This document shows, one piece after another, positions 35,585 to 44,994 of a stretch of 64,000 bases of DNA. Position 1 is the stretch's first letter. Each line of letters starts with the position of its first letter. The notes under the pieces are model-generated. The model saw nothing but the letters and a program-made list of their open reading frames with translations. It was not told where the DNA came from and did not search any database. A program made the translations under genes and the position numbers. The stretch comes from Clostridiales bacterium. GTDB taxonomy: Bacteria; Bacillota; Peptococcia; DRI-13; UBA5745. The DNA lies in assembly GCA_038562165.1 (NCBI GenBank), contig JBCFAO010000018.1, positions 764 to 64,763 on the forward strand, in the 5' to 3' direction.

Positions 35585-36151
35585 CTAGAATTTCAGCAGG
35601 ACGCCTACCACTGCCGCAATGGCAATATAAACTATAGGATGCCATTTCAGTTTAAAATTCATTACCGTCATGATGATAAACATAACCAGAGCCGGGAAAT
35701 GAAACAGCTCCAGGAAAGAGCCGCTTTGCCGGAAAGCAGCCCAATCCACCAAGGAAATGGTCATGATTTTAAAGCCGGCGGCGGCAATCAGCCCGCAAAC
35801 CGCCGGGCGCAACCCGTAAAACACAGCCTCCACGTAAGGGCTGGCTTTAAATTTGTTCAGGAACCTGGCCACGATTGTGCCGATAATCAGGGAAGGCACC
35901 ACATAAGCGGCAGTAGCCAACACTCCGCCCAAGACGCCGGCTACCGTAAAGCCTACATAGGTGGCCATATTGATGCCTATGGGTCCGGGGGTGGACTCCG
36001 ATACGGCAATGATATTGGCTAAATCCGCATGAGTATACCAGTGGTATTTGTCAGATAATGCGTAAAGGAAAGGCAGAGCAGCCAAACCGCCGCCTATGGC
36101 AAATATGCTGATTTTGGCAAACTCCAGGCAAAGCTGCAGATAAGTATTCAT
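35585..36151 (-). CDS. chrA: chromate transporter family protein (short CHR, second half)
   Basis: IGGGLAALPFL..SESTPGPIGIN. Overlaps its partner by 4 bp. Confidence 0.85.
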   Translation of the reverse strand: MNTYLQLCLEFAKISIFAIGGGLAALPFLYALSDKYHWYTHADLANIIAVSESTPGPIGINMATYVGFTVAGVLGGVLATAAYVVPSLIIGTIVARFLNKFKASPYVEAVFYGLRPAVCGLIAAAGFKIMTISLVDWAAFRQSGSFLELFHFPALVMFIIMTVMNFKLKWHPIVYIAIAAVVGVLLKF

Positions 36152-36741
36152 CGCTTATCACCGGCCCTTTCCTCCGGTTTCTGTACGCTCTCCGGCTTTC
36201 TGCCAATTTTCCCGCTTAATAAGCTTAGAGCAAGGCCGGCTATGGCTGCTAAAACCACCAGAGGCACAGGTGTGATTTTCAGCCAGGCGGAAGCGAGGAA
36301 AGTAGCCACGGCAATAACAGCCGTAGTCAGGTTGACGACGCCCTTTTTGGCCATGGTATAAATAGCATTGGCTACTAAAGCGCAAACAGCCACCCGAATA
36401 CCGGCGAAAGCACTTTGCACCACTGCCAAATCGGAAAAATTCTGGATCAACGAAGCAATAGCCAGAATGATCAATAAAGAGGGCATCACCAGGCCCGTAG
36501 CCGCAATGGCGGCGCCCCTTCTGCCCTTTACGTTATAGCCGATAAAAATAGCGGTGTTAACGGCGATGAGCCCGGGCAGGCATTGGCCTACGGCATAATA
36601 ATCCATGACCTCTTCCTGGCTGGCCCAGTTTCTCTTTTCCACTATCTCCCTTTGCATTAAGGGCAGCACCGTATAGCCGCCGCCAAAGGTTAAAGCACCA
36701 ATACGAAAAAACGTAAAAAACATATCCCAATAAAAAGCCAT
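36148..36741 (-). CDS. chrA: chromate transporter family protein (short CHR, first half)
   Basis: FGGGYTVLPLMQREIVEKRNW. I chose the start at Met 6 (GGGAGA 7 nt upstream); the ORF reaches 36756. Confidence 0.8.
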   Translation of the reverse strand: MAFYWDMFFTFFRIGALTFGGGYTVLPLMQREIVEKRNWASQEEVMDYYAVGQCLPGLIAVNTAIFIGYNVKGRRGAAIAATGLVMPSLLIILAIASLIQNFSDLAVVQSAFAGIRVAVCALVANAIYTMAKKGVVNLTTAVIAVATFLASAWLKITPVPLVVLAAIAGLALSLLSGKIGRKPESVQKPEERAGDKR

Positions 36742-36774
36742 TTCTTCATCTCCCATGTGATATTGATCCGGTAT

Positions 36775-38388
36775 TTACCAAGCAGCAACGCAACCGTCGG
36801 TGCGGTACTCGCTGCCGCCGCAGAAAATCCCCTGTTCATCCCGCCAAATAATTTGTCCCCGGCCAAAGTTGCGGTTATGAGGAGCATAATGAATATCGTG
36901 GCCCTTGGCCGCTAAGGCCGTTACCAACTCTTGAGGAAAGCCGGGCTCCACCAGGATGGTTCTGCCTTCTGTCCATTGCCAGCGGAAACCGTCCAGGGCT
37001 TGCTGGGGATTCAGGTGGAAATCTACCGTATTCATAACTACCTGGACATGGCCCTGGGGCTGCATGAAAGCACCCATGACCCCAAAGGGCCCCACCGCCT
37101 GGCCATCCTTGGTCAGGAAGCCGGGAATAATGGTATGATAAGGCTTTTTCTCCGGTCCTACGCAGTTTTCCGATGCCGGATCCATATAGAAATTGGTGCC
37201 CCGGTTGTGCAAAGCGATGCCGGTGCCCGGCACCACCAGACCGGAACCGAAGCCCCGGTAATTGCTTTGGATGTAGGAAACCATGTTGCCCTGGCTGTCG
37301 GCGGTACAGAGATAGACTGTACCCGCTCCCTCGGGCTTGCCCGGCGCAGGATCCCGGGCCTCCCCGGTAATCAGGCGGCGGCGCTCAGCGGCAAAGGCCT
37401 CGTTTAAAAGCTGCTCCGTATTTACTTTCATGCTCCGGGGATCGGCGATGTATCTCTTGCCATCGGCAAAAGCCAGTTTCATGGCTTCCAACTGGCGGTG
37501 AATAGTTTCCGCATTATCCCGTTCAGTAAATTCCATACCTTTCAATATATTCAGAGCCATTAAGGCCACAATGCCGTGGCCATTGGGAGGAATCTCCCAA
37601 ACGTCATAGCCCCGGTAATTGACGGAAATAGGCTCCACCCATTCCGGTTGATAAGCTTCCAGGTCTTCTTTACGAATCAAGCCGCCGGTATCCAGGGAGA
37701 ATTGATGAATAGCCGACGCCAGGCTGCCTTTATAGAAAGCCTGGCCTTTTGTCCTGGCAATCTCCCGTAAAGTTCCGCCATGATAAGGGCTGCGCCAAAG
37801 CTCACCGGCCCGGGGAGCTCTGCCTTCCGGGGCAAAAACCTTAAACCACTCCTGGAATTCCGGCCCGATTCCCTCTTTTTTATACAGATGATAAGCCTCT
37901 TGCCAAAGAAGGGAAATAACCGGCGAAACGGGATAGCCTTCCTCGGCATAATTGGCGGCAGGCTCCACCACCTCTTCCAATGACAGCCGGCCAAACCTCT
38001 CGGATAAGCCGGCCCAGCCTGCCGGCAGGCCCGGGACCGTTACCGGCACCCAACCGGTGAATGGCATAGTCTGATAGCCCCGCTTCAGAACCTCTTCCCT
38101 GGTCAGCGCCTTGGGAGAAGGGCCGCTGGCGTTAAGACCGTGCAGCTTGCCGCCGGTCCAAACCAGAGCAAAGCAATCACCGCCGATGCCGTTGGAAGTA
38201 GGCTCCAGCACCGTCAAAGCCGCCGCCGTGGCAATAGCGGCGTCCACCGCATTGCCCCCCTTCTTTAGAATATCAAGGCCTGCCTGGGCCGCCAGAGGCT
38301 GGGAGGTGCAGACCATGCCTTTTTTACCGTAGACCGGCCTTTTCACCGCACCATAAACTTCCTGCAAAGCATCAAACTGCAACGCCAT
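36775..38388 (-). CDS. ggt: gamma-glutamyltransferase
   Basis: About 537 aa with the autoprocessing/nucleophile region ..GAGTVYLCTADSQGNMVS.. and GGDCFAL. The ATG at 38388 is 2 nt after the coaX stop, with GGAAGGAG upstream. Confidence 0.9.
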   Translation of the reverse strand: MALQFDALQEVYGAVKRPVYGKKGMVCTSQPLAAQAGLDILKKGGNAVDAAIATAAALTVLEPTSNGIGGDCFALVWTGGKLHGLNASGPSPKALTREEVLKRGYQTMPFTGWVPVTVPGLPAGWAGLSERFGRLSLEEVVEPAANYAEEGYPVSPVISLLWQEAYHLYKKEGIGPEFQEWFKVFAPEGRAPRAGELWRSPYHGGTLREIARTKGQAFYKGSLASAIHQFSLDTGGLIRKEDLEAYQPEWVEPISVNYRGYDVWEIPPNGHGIVALMALNILKGMEFTERDNAETIHRQLEAMKLAFADGKRYIADPRSMKVNTEQLLNEAFAAERRRLITGEARDPAPGKPEGAGTVYLCTADSQGNMVSYIQSNYRGFGSGLVVPGTGIALHNRGTNFYMDPASENCVGPEKKPYHTIIPGFLTKDGQAVGPFGVMGAFMQPQGHVQVVMNTVDFHLNPQQALDGFRWQWTEGRTILVEPGFPQELVTALAAKGHDIHYAPHNRNFGRGQIIWRDEQGIFCGGSEYRTDGCVAAW

Positions 38389-38390
38389 TC

Positions 38391-39164
38391 TTACCACTCC
38401 TTCCGGTTTCTGTTGTAAATCAATCGCAGTCCTTCTAACGTCAAATTATTGTCTACCAGGTCGATAGTCTCCGATTCCTCGGCGATTACTTCGGCCATGC
38501 CGCCGGTGGCAATAACCCGGGGCTTGGCGCCCAGCTCTTTAATCAGCCGGTGGACTATACCGTCCACCAGCCCGATATAACCATAAATCAGACCTGACTG
38601 CATGCTGACTACCGTATTGCGGCCAATAACCTGCTTAGGCTTCACCAGCTCGATTCTGGGCAGCTTAGCGGCCCGCTGAAACAAGGCTTCTGCCGAGATA
38701 CCGATACCGGGGCTGATGACGCCTCCCAGATAACGGCCTTCCTCATCAATGACACAAAAGGTAGTGGCCGTACCAAAATCAATAATGATCAAGGGGCCGC
38801 CGTGCTGTTCAAAACCGGCTACAGCATTGACGATACGGTCTGCCCCCACTTCCCTGGGGTTGTCATAAAGTATGGGCAAGCCTGTTTTGACGCCGGGTCC
38901 TACCACCAAGGGCTCGAGGTTAAAACACTGGCGTATCATTCTCTCCAAGGTGGGCATGATGGGCGGCACCACCGAGGAAATAATGACGGCAGATATGTCC
39001 CGGGGCCACATCTGGGCGCAGGATAAAAATGACCTGATCTTAATTTCGTATTCGTCGGCAGTCTGGTTGCGGTCCGTGGCCAGCCGCCAGGCGTGAAGCA
39101 AGGTCTCCTCTTTATATACGCCCATGACAATATTGGTATTCCCCACATCAAAAACTAAAAGCAT
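38391..39164 (-). CDS. coaX: type III pantothenate kinase
   Basis: [11 protein letters not shown].. and DFGTATTF motifs. Confidence 0.92.
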   Translation of the reverse strand: MLLVFDVGNTNIVMGVYKEETLLHAWRLATDRNQTADEYEIKIRSFLSCAQMWPRDISAVIISSVVPPIMPTLERMIRQCFNLEPLVVGPGVKTGLPILYDNPREVGADRIVNAVAGFEQHGGPLIIIDFGTATTFCVIDEEGRYLGGVISPGIGISAEALFQRAAKLPRIELVKPKQVIGRNTVVSMQSGLIYGYIGLVDGIVHRLIKELGAKPRVIATGGMAEVIAEESETIDLVDNNLTLEGLRLIYNRNRKEW

Positions 39165-39195
39165 AGAGTTCCTCCTGTATACAAGATAGAGGCTG

Positions 39196-40905
39196 CTATT
39201 TTAAAGCAGTAAAAAAGCTGAGAAAAGCCAGCAGAACGCCGGTCAGGCTTTCACCGCCGAAGACGCCGGAGGCCAGAACCATACCCTTATCCTGGCTTTG
39301 GGGCCAAAGCTTATCCGTAACCCAGCGGATAACGCCGCCGATAAAGATAGCGGCCGAAAAGGCAAAAGGAAGATATAAGCCGATGCCCAAAGTGGTGGCC
39401 GGCAAACCGAAAAAGCAGAGGGCTGCGCCGGCGATGGCGCCGCTCCAAAACACCAAAGGATCAAAGGCGCTGTTGACCATGGAAAACACCAGCCGGGCCT
39501 GAGGCGCAGGTAAAGCGTCGGAAAAAACCGGGCCGAACTGGCCGATAACCACAAATAAGGTGAAACTGGCCACCACAGCCCCAAGCAGCCCCCCTACACC
39601 CTGGGCAATCAACTGCTCCTTGGGATTGGTGCCGATAATCTGGCCGGCCCGGTAGTCAAACATAGTATCGCCGGCAAAGCCGCTGGCCACCGCCACCACT
39701 GCCGCTACCATCAGGCTGGATTGCCACTGGGGTTTAAATAAGAAAGCCGCTCCCATCATGACAATTATGCCGAAAATCTCCATAGGATCGATGCCGGATT
39801 CGCCTGTTACCAGGCAAGCCATCAGCGTCATCAAGAATGTGCCTGCTATCACAAATAAGCTGAGAGAAAATCCCATACCGGCTCCAACGCAGGCCAGAGC
39901 TGCGCCTATGGCGGCAATGAGCAGCCAGGTCATGTTGCCCGGCCCGGTCCGCTCTCCGGAAAGGCTTGGTTTGCCTGAGGAGGACTTTGACCCTAAAGCA
40001 GCCCCTCCGCCCGCTTTGCCTTCCTTGAGGCCAGCCTTCTGCCGCTCCTTGATCTGGCTATGGAAAAACCGCAGTAAGGTCCCTAAGCCGGCGCCCACCA
40101 TAAGGCCCAAGCCCAGGGTGTCTTTAAATGAAGCCGCGGCGGCGGCATCGGCAAAGAATCCTCCGGCTACGCCAAAGGGCAGGATAATAAAATATGCCAG
40201 CAAGGCTCCGCCAAAAAGCACCGCCGTGTAAATACCGCCGATCATATAGCCGATGGCAGGGGCCATGGGGTAGAGCATAACGCCGGCCTGAATACCGGCG
40301 GCCCCCGGCAGCGTAAAGCTGATAAACTGGGGTATTTTGCCCAGCCAATCCCGGATAAAAGTGAATACGGCGCTGATGGCCAAGGAAACTGCCAGCAGTT
40401 TGCCTTTGCTGCCGCCGGCGTCGCCGCTCTTTATGGTTTCCGCCGCCGCCATACCGATGGGAAAAGGCAGCTTCCTTTGCTCCAGCAGCATAGGCCGCCA
40501 GTACCAGGTCAGCGCCAATCCCAGGAAAAGTCCGGCCAGGGCAATCAACAGCACCGGCAAGAAAAAAGCGGACAACTGAGGCCCTTGGCCTTCCGCCCAC
40601 AAACCGGGCAAGGTAAAGGCCATTCCGCCGGCGATCATGGCGCCTGCAGTCATGGCCGTTTGCGTCACATTAATCTCGTTTAAGTTGGTATTGCCCATCA
40701 GCTTCAAAATGCTCATAGCCGCAATCGAAGCAAAAACCGTGGGCCAGGGCAGAGCCCCCATCCGTAAGGCCACATAAAGAGAGCTGGCCGTCAATAATGC
40801 GGAGCCCAAAGCTCCCCAAATCAGAGCCCGAAGGGTAAGTCCAGAGGAAAACTGCCTTTGTTCCCCCCTTGTGAATTCCTGGTCAGTCCGTGGTTTGTTT
40901 GTCAT
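39196..40905 (-). CDS. OPT family oligopeptide transporter
   Basis: About 569 aa, polytopic, with a Gly/Ser-rich central loop. The ATG at 40905 has AAAGGA 8 nt upstream; the ORF reaches 40914. Confidence 0.8.
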   Translation of the reverse strand: MTNKPRTDQEFTRGEQRQFSSGLTLRALIWGALGSALLTASSLYVALRMGALPWPTVFASIAAMSILKLMGNTNLNEINVTQTAMTAGAMIAGGMAFTLPGLWAEGQGPQLSAFFLPVLLIALAGLFLGLALTWYWRPMLLEQRKLPFPIGMAAAETIKSGDAGGSKGKLLAVSLAISAVFTFIRDWLGKIPQFISFTLPGAAGIQAGVMLYPMAPAIGYMIGGIYTAVLFGGALLAYFIILPFGVAGGFFADAAAAASFKDTLGLGLMVGAGLGTLLRFFHSQIKERQKAGLKEGKAGGGAALGSKSSSGKPSLSGERTGPGNMTWLLIAAIGAALACVGAGMGFSLSLFVIAGTFLMTLMACLVTGESGIDPMEIFGIIVMMGAAFLFKPQWQSSLMVAAVVAVASGFAGDTMFDYRAGQIIGTNPKEQLIAQGVGGLLGAVVASFTLFVVIGQFGPVFSDALPAPQARLVFSMVNSAFDPLVFWSGAIAGAALCFFGLPATTLGIGLYLPFAFSAAIFIGGVIRWVTDKLWPQSQDKGMVLASGVFGGESLTGVLLAFLSFFTALK

Positions 40906-41154
40906 GCAAATCATCCTTTCTGCAGGCCCAAAAAAATGGCCCCGGCTACCAAAGTTGCCGAAGGCTACTGTATTTCGGGCATCTTTGTCTCAGTCCTATC
41001 CTTAGGATCCAAGCATACCTGTAGTTGAAGGGTACCTATGAAATTGTCCGTTGCCCTCCCCGGCGGCGGCCCGGTGGCCGCGGAGCAGGCTTCTCACGAA
41101 ACCGGTATAGGATTCCTGCGGCTGCTGCCTTTCGGATATCCTTACCTTGCCCCT

Positions 41155-41658
41155 TTATTCCCCGGCAATATTCATCTTAACATCCGCCGCCGGAATTTTC
41201 AATACTATGCCCTCATGTATCCACGGCAGACCCCGTTTAGCCAGCAAGCTTATGTCCATCTCTCCTAAAGGCCCCAGAACAAAAGCCCTTTCCCCCATCC
41301 GGGGATGAGGCACCGTCAAATCCGGCAGATCAATAGTCAAGTCATCGATCAGCAAGATATCCACATCGAGAGTACGGGGCCCCCAACGCAGGATTCTTTC
41401 CCGCTTATACGCTCTTTCAGCCCGCCGGCAAACCTCCAATAATTCAAGGGGCTCAAGGTTTGTGCTGCAATGAACTGCCATATTGTAAAAGGGCGGCTGT
41501 TCCGTATAGCCTACCGGCTCCGTCTCATAAATGCCGGAGCAGTCCCGAAATTCCAGGCCATTGGCCAGCAAAAAGGTCAGCCCCCCCATTAAATTGTCAT
41601 AACGGTTGCCCAGGTTACTGCCCAAGGACAGCCAAACATCATAGATCTGACCGGACAA
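41155..41658 (-). CDS. folK: 2-amino-4-hydroxy-6-hydroxymethyldihydropteridine diphosphokinase
   Basis: LSLGSNLGNR and GPRTLDVDILL motifs. I chose the TTG start at 41658 (AAGGAGGG 7 nt upstream). The longer ORF to 41718 would overlap the inserted ATPase gene. Confidence 0.85.
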   Translation of the reverse strand: MSGQIYDVWLSLGSNLGNRYDNLMGGLTFLLANGLEFRDCSGIYETEPVGYTEQPPFYNMAVHCSTNLEPLELLEVCRRAERAYKRERILRWGPRTLDVDILLIDDLTIDLPDLTVPHPRMGERAFVLGPLGEMDISLLAKRGLPWIHEGIVLKIPAADVKMNIAGE

Positions 41659-41696
41659 GTTCTTTCCCTCCTTAATAGCCCTTATGAACCCAGCCT

Positions 41697-42986
41697 TTAG
41701 AGCCGCTCTACTGCCCAAAGAGGCAAGTTCAACAGCCAGTCCTCTTTTTTATAATCAGCCATGGATGTCCTAATAGATTGTGGAGGCTTGAATTTCCCAT
41801 GATAGGTTTTCAAACTTTTCGCCCGAAGGTTAGCCTCGGCCTTAACCTCTATAGGTATGACGGCGTTGCCGGTGTCAATAACAAAATCCACTTCGGCAGT
41901 GCCTCGCTCGGCTGTCCAATAGTAGGTTTGAATATCCTTGAGAGTCTTGAGTTGCTGCAATACGTACTGTTCCGTCAGCGCACCCTTAAACTCCCTGAAC
42001 AGATCGTTACCGTCCAAAAGGATACCCTGATGCAAGCCGACCATACAGGAAAGCAGTCCCACGTCCAGCAAAAATAATTTAAACGCCTTCAAATCCTCAT
42101 AGGCTTTCAGGGGCAAGCTCGGCGCTGTCACCCGGTGGACTTTATGGACAAGCCCGCAGTCAGTCAGCCAAAGCATAGCCAGCTCATATTCTTTTGCCCG
42201 TGCGCCTTCTTTAATAAGCCCATATATAAACTTTTTATTTTCTTTAGTGAGTTGAGCCGGGATGTTGTTCCAAAGCATACGAATACGGGGTACCGCTTCG
42301 TTAGGTGCATGTTTGGAGAAATCTTGTTCATAAGCCGCCAGAATCCGTTGCTGAATTTCCCGCACCTCATTAAAATCCTTATTTTCAGAGAAGCTCTGCA
42401 CCACCTCAGGCATACCGCCCACATAGTAATAGTGTTTCAGCAAATCAATATAATCCTGCTTAAAGGTATTAGCCATCTCGAAATCGCCTTTTTGCAGGAG
42501 CTCCACAAACTGTTCTTTGCCCATGGCTGTCATGAACTCAAAGAATGAGAGAGGATATAGATCAAGAAACTCCACTTTCCCTACCGGAAAAGACGTACCT
42601 TGATGCAGCGCCACACCCAGCATGGAGCCGGCACAGATAATCTCATATTGCGGTGCGTTTTCGTTAAAATATTTTAGTGAGGTCAGTGCCTTGGGAACCT
42701 CCTGAATTTCATCGAAAACCAGCAAAGTATTTCCGGCATTGATCTTGTGTCCGGCGTAGAGCTCCAGGCCCGTTATAATCCGCTCAATGCTGAGGTCCCC
42801 CTCAAAAAGTGCCTGCATTCGGCTATTGTTATCAAAGCTAATATAGACCGTCTCTTTATAGGCGGTCTTGCCGAATTCTTTCATAAGCCAGGTCTTGCCG
42901 ACCTGGCGCGCCCCTCTAATGATAAGGGGTTTTTTATTTTTCTTTTGTTTCCATTTGAGAAGCTGCTCCATCCCGGCTCGATACAT
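41697..42986 (-). CDS. AAA+ ATPase of the AAA_14/DUF4143 type with C-terminal PD-(D/E)xK-like motif
   Basis: Walker A GARQVGKTW, Walker B LLVFDEIQ, and C-terminal ..AEVDFVIDTGNAVIPIEVKAE (D..ExK nuclease-like signature). AT-richer than the flanking fol genes. Confidence 0.85.
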   Translation of the reverse strand: MYRAGMEQLLKWKQKKNKKPLIIRGARQVGKTWLMKEFGKTAYKETVYISFDNNSRMQALFEGDLSIERIITGLELYAGHKINAGNTLLVFDEIQEVPKALTSLKYFNENAPQYEIICAGSMLGVALHQGTSFPVGKVEFLDLYPLSFFEFMTAMGKEQFVELLQKGDFEMANTFKQDYIDLLKHYYYVGGMPEVVQSFSENKDFNEVREIQQRILAAYEQDFSKHAPNEAVPRIRMLWNNIPAQLTKENKKFIYGLIKEGARAKEYELAMLWLTDCGLVHKVHRVTAPSLPLKAYEDLKAFKLFLLDVGLLSCMVGLHQGILLDGNDLFREFKGALTEQYVLQQLKTLKDIQTYYWTAERGTAEVDFVIDTGNAVIPIEVKAEANLRAKSLKTYHGKFKPPQSIRTSMADYKKEDWLLNLPLWAVERL

Positions 42987-43016
42987 ATCACATCACCTCG
43001 GCGTTGTGTTATTACT

Positions 43017-43044
43017 ATTGTATCATGCCTTCACATAAAATCAA
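43017..43044 (-). promoter_or_regulatory. private promoter of the inserted ATPase gene
   Basis: Minus strand: TTGATT, a 16-nt spacer, then tgaTACAAT (TG-extended). GAGGTGA RBS 6 nt before the ATG at 42986. Confidence 0.5.
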
Positions 43045-43105
43045 ACGAGTTTTTGTTAGTTATTACATATTTTCAAACGTTTGCCGTCTGATTAGTCCTT
43101 TAGCC

Positions 43106-43507
43106 TCACATCTGGCTGCGATTGCGCGTAAGCTCCACCGCCGCATAATCCAGAGGCCCTCCCAAAGGAGCCTGAGGCTTTTTCAGCAAAATCTTAACGC
43201 TTTCTATTTGGCTGAAGGTAAAGCAAGCCTTAATCACTGCCTGAGCCAAAGCTTCAATAAGGGCAAAAGAAGGTCCTTCCACCACAGCCTTCACCCGTTC
43301 ATATACTTCGGCATAGCTCAAGGTATCGTCGAGGGCATCACTGGCTGCCGCCTTGGCCAGATCCATGGTCATTTCCAGATCCACCACAAACCATTGGCCC
43401 AGCTCCAATTCGGCCTTCAGGCAGCCGTGGCGGCCATAAAACCGCAGGCCCTTGAGAATAATTTTATCGCTGATTATTGTATCGCTGCTCATTGTATCGC
43501 TCATCAC
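43106..43507 (-). CDS. folB: dihydroneopterin aldolase
   Basis: ILKGLRFYGRHGCLKAELELGQWFVVDL. Start/stop overlap with folP. Confidence 0.85.
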   Translation of the reverse strand: MMSDTMSSDTIISDKIILKGLRFYGRHGCLKAELELGQWFVVDLEMTMDLAKAAASDALDDTLSYAEVYERVKAVVEGPSFALIEALAQAVIKACFTFSQIESVKILLKKPQAPLGGPLDYAAVELTRNRSQM

Positions 43508-44499
43508 TAAATCTCCCTTTTGCTGTCCGCTAAAGAATTTGTCATCAGCGCCTGCGCCATCATCAAAGCCTCCGCCGTTTCCTTCACGTCATGAACCCTT
43601 ACAAAAGCCGCGCCGCCAAGAGCCGCCCACACTGCCGCCACCAGGGAACCCGCCAAACGTCCGCCAGCCTCCGGGTTGCCGCTGGCCTTACCGATGAAGC
43701 CCTTCCTGGAGGCCCCGATGTACACCGGGCTGCCTAAAGCCTGCAACTGCCGGCAGTTGTTTAGTATAGCCAAATTCTCATCGTAGATTTTGCCAAAACC
43801 CAGTCCCGGATCTAAGGCTATATACTCTCCGGGCAAGCCGGCTTCTATATAAAGCTGCCGCAAAGCTGCCAAATCCTCCAGCACCGCCGTCAGGCTGCCC
43901 CGGTCCATGCCGGCAGGCCGGTGCATCAAAATCAAGGGCACTTGGTAGCGGGCAGCTATCCGGGCCATTTCCGGATTGCCGCCGCTTTCATCATTAAGAA
44001 TGTGAGCCAGACCCAGACCCAGCACTTTGTCAGCCAGGGCGGGCTTGTCCGTATCCAGAGAAATCAAGGGCCCGGCGGCAAATCTTGCCGCTGTTGCGTC
44101 TGCATCTTCTTGCCCAACAACCTGCCGTACCTCCTGCCCGTCCTCTTGACCAACATCCTGCCTCGCTTTTTGTATAGCCTCCTGCAAGGCCAAAAGTACC
44201 GGCAGCACCCGCTGTTCTTCCTCTTCCGCACTTATGGGCACATGGCCCGGCCGGGTTGATTGGCCCCCTACATCAATGATGCAGGCTCCGTCCCGTACCA
44301 TAGCCAAAGCCTGCTCAACCGCCGCCGCCGGCTGGAGATAGCGGCCGCCGTCAGAAAAGGAATCCGGCGTCACATTGAGAATGCCGGCAATATAAGGTTT
44401 TTCAGCCGGAAATGTCAGCGTTATCCCGGGCCAGCACCAATGCAAAATCTGTCCGCCCACTTTTTCAACATGAAAATTCATTTTATCCATAGATAGCAC
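43507..44499 (-). CDS. folP: dihydropteroate synthase
   Basis: GILNVTPDSFSDGG, DVGGQSTRPG, DPGLGFGK. Carries an acidic VGQED-repeat insert. Confidence 0.9.
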   Translation of the reverse strand: MLSMDKMNFHVEKVGGQILHWCWPGITLTFPAEKPYIAGILNVTPDSFSDGGRYLQPAAAVEQALAMVRDGACIIDVGGQSTRPGHVPISAEEEEQRVLPVLLALQEAIQKARQDVGQEDGQEVRQVVGQEDADATAARFAAGPLISLDTDKPALADKVLGLGLAHILNDESGGNPEMARIAARYQVPLILMHRPAGMDRGSLTAVLEDLAALRQLYIEAGLPGEYIALDPGLGFGKIYDENLAILNNCRQLQALGSPVYIGASRKGFIGKASGNPEAGGRLAGSLVAAVWAALGGAAFVRVHDVKETAEALMMAQALMTNSLADSKREI

Positions 44500-44595
44500 C
44501 TCTGACTTTTTCTTTGCCTTCGGTATTCAAGTCAAAAGGGCGCCTCTCCTGTACCTCTTTCAGGTCCATTGTGAGACACCCCTCTGTTGCTGTAT

Positions 44596-44994
44596 TTATT
44601 TCGTTAATTTTTTTGCCTCGGCTTTAGCCAGGAATTTTTCATTATTGATGATGAATCTTTCGTGCTTGCCGTCGCCTACCAGCTCCTTGTCGTCCCAGGC
44701 CTCCACGCTGAACAACAGCCGGCGGCCATCGACTTCTTCCAGCCGGGCTTTAGCCGTCACTGTCATGCCGATAGGGGTGGCGGCTTTATGGTTGACTTGG
44801 ATCATGGTGCCTACGCTGCCTTGCTCCGGCAAAAGAGCCGGCTCTATAGCATTAACGGCTGCCCCTTCCATTAAAGCCACAAGATAGGGTGTGGAAAATA
44901 CCGGGGCCAATCCGCTGCCAAAGGACAAAGCTGTATTGCTTTCCTTCACCTGGGCAGACCTTTCGCCGGTCAAGCCGGCAGTTAATTCCGTCAT
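44596..44994 (-). CDS. hotdog-fold thioesterase (FlK-like)
   Basis: 132 aa: ..[43 protein letters not shown]. Confidence 0.7.
   Translation of the reverse strand: MTELTAGLTGERSAQVKESNTALSFGSGLAPVFSTPYLVALMEGAAVNAIEPALLPEQGSVGTMIQVNHKAATPIGMTVTAKARLEEVDGRRLLFSVEAWDDKELVGDGKHERFIINNEKFLAKAEAKKLTK

Noticed and set aside
40906-41154. Firm call of a cobalamin riboswitch
   Set aside because: Only a partial resemblance to the GGUGAGAA...GCCACUG...GGGAAGGC core. No recognisable B12 box, and the spacing after the GGAA element is wrong. Kept only as an unclassified leader candidate.
41659-41718. folK start at TTG 41718 overlapping the ATPase gene by 22 bp
   Set aside because: The in-frame TTG at 41658 has a much better Shine-Dalgarno (AAGGAGGG, 7-nt spacing) and gives the canonical FolK N-terminus just before LSLGSNLG.
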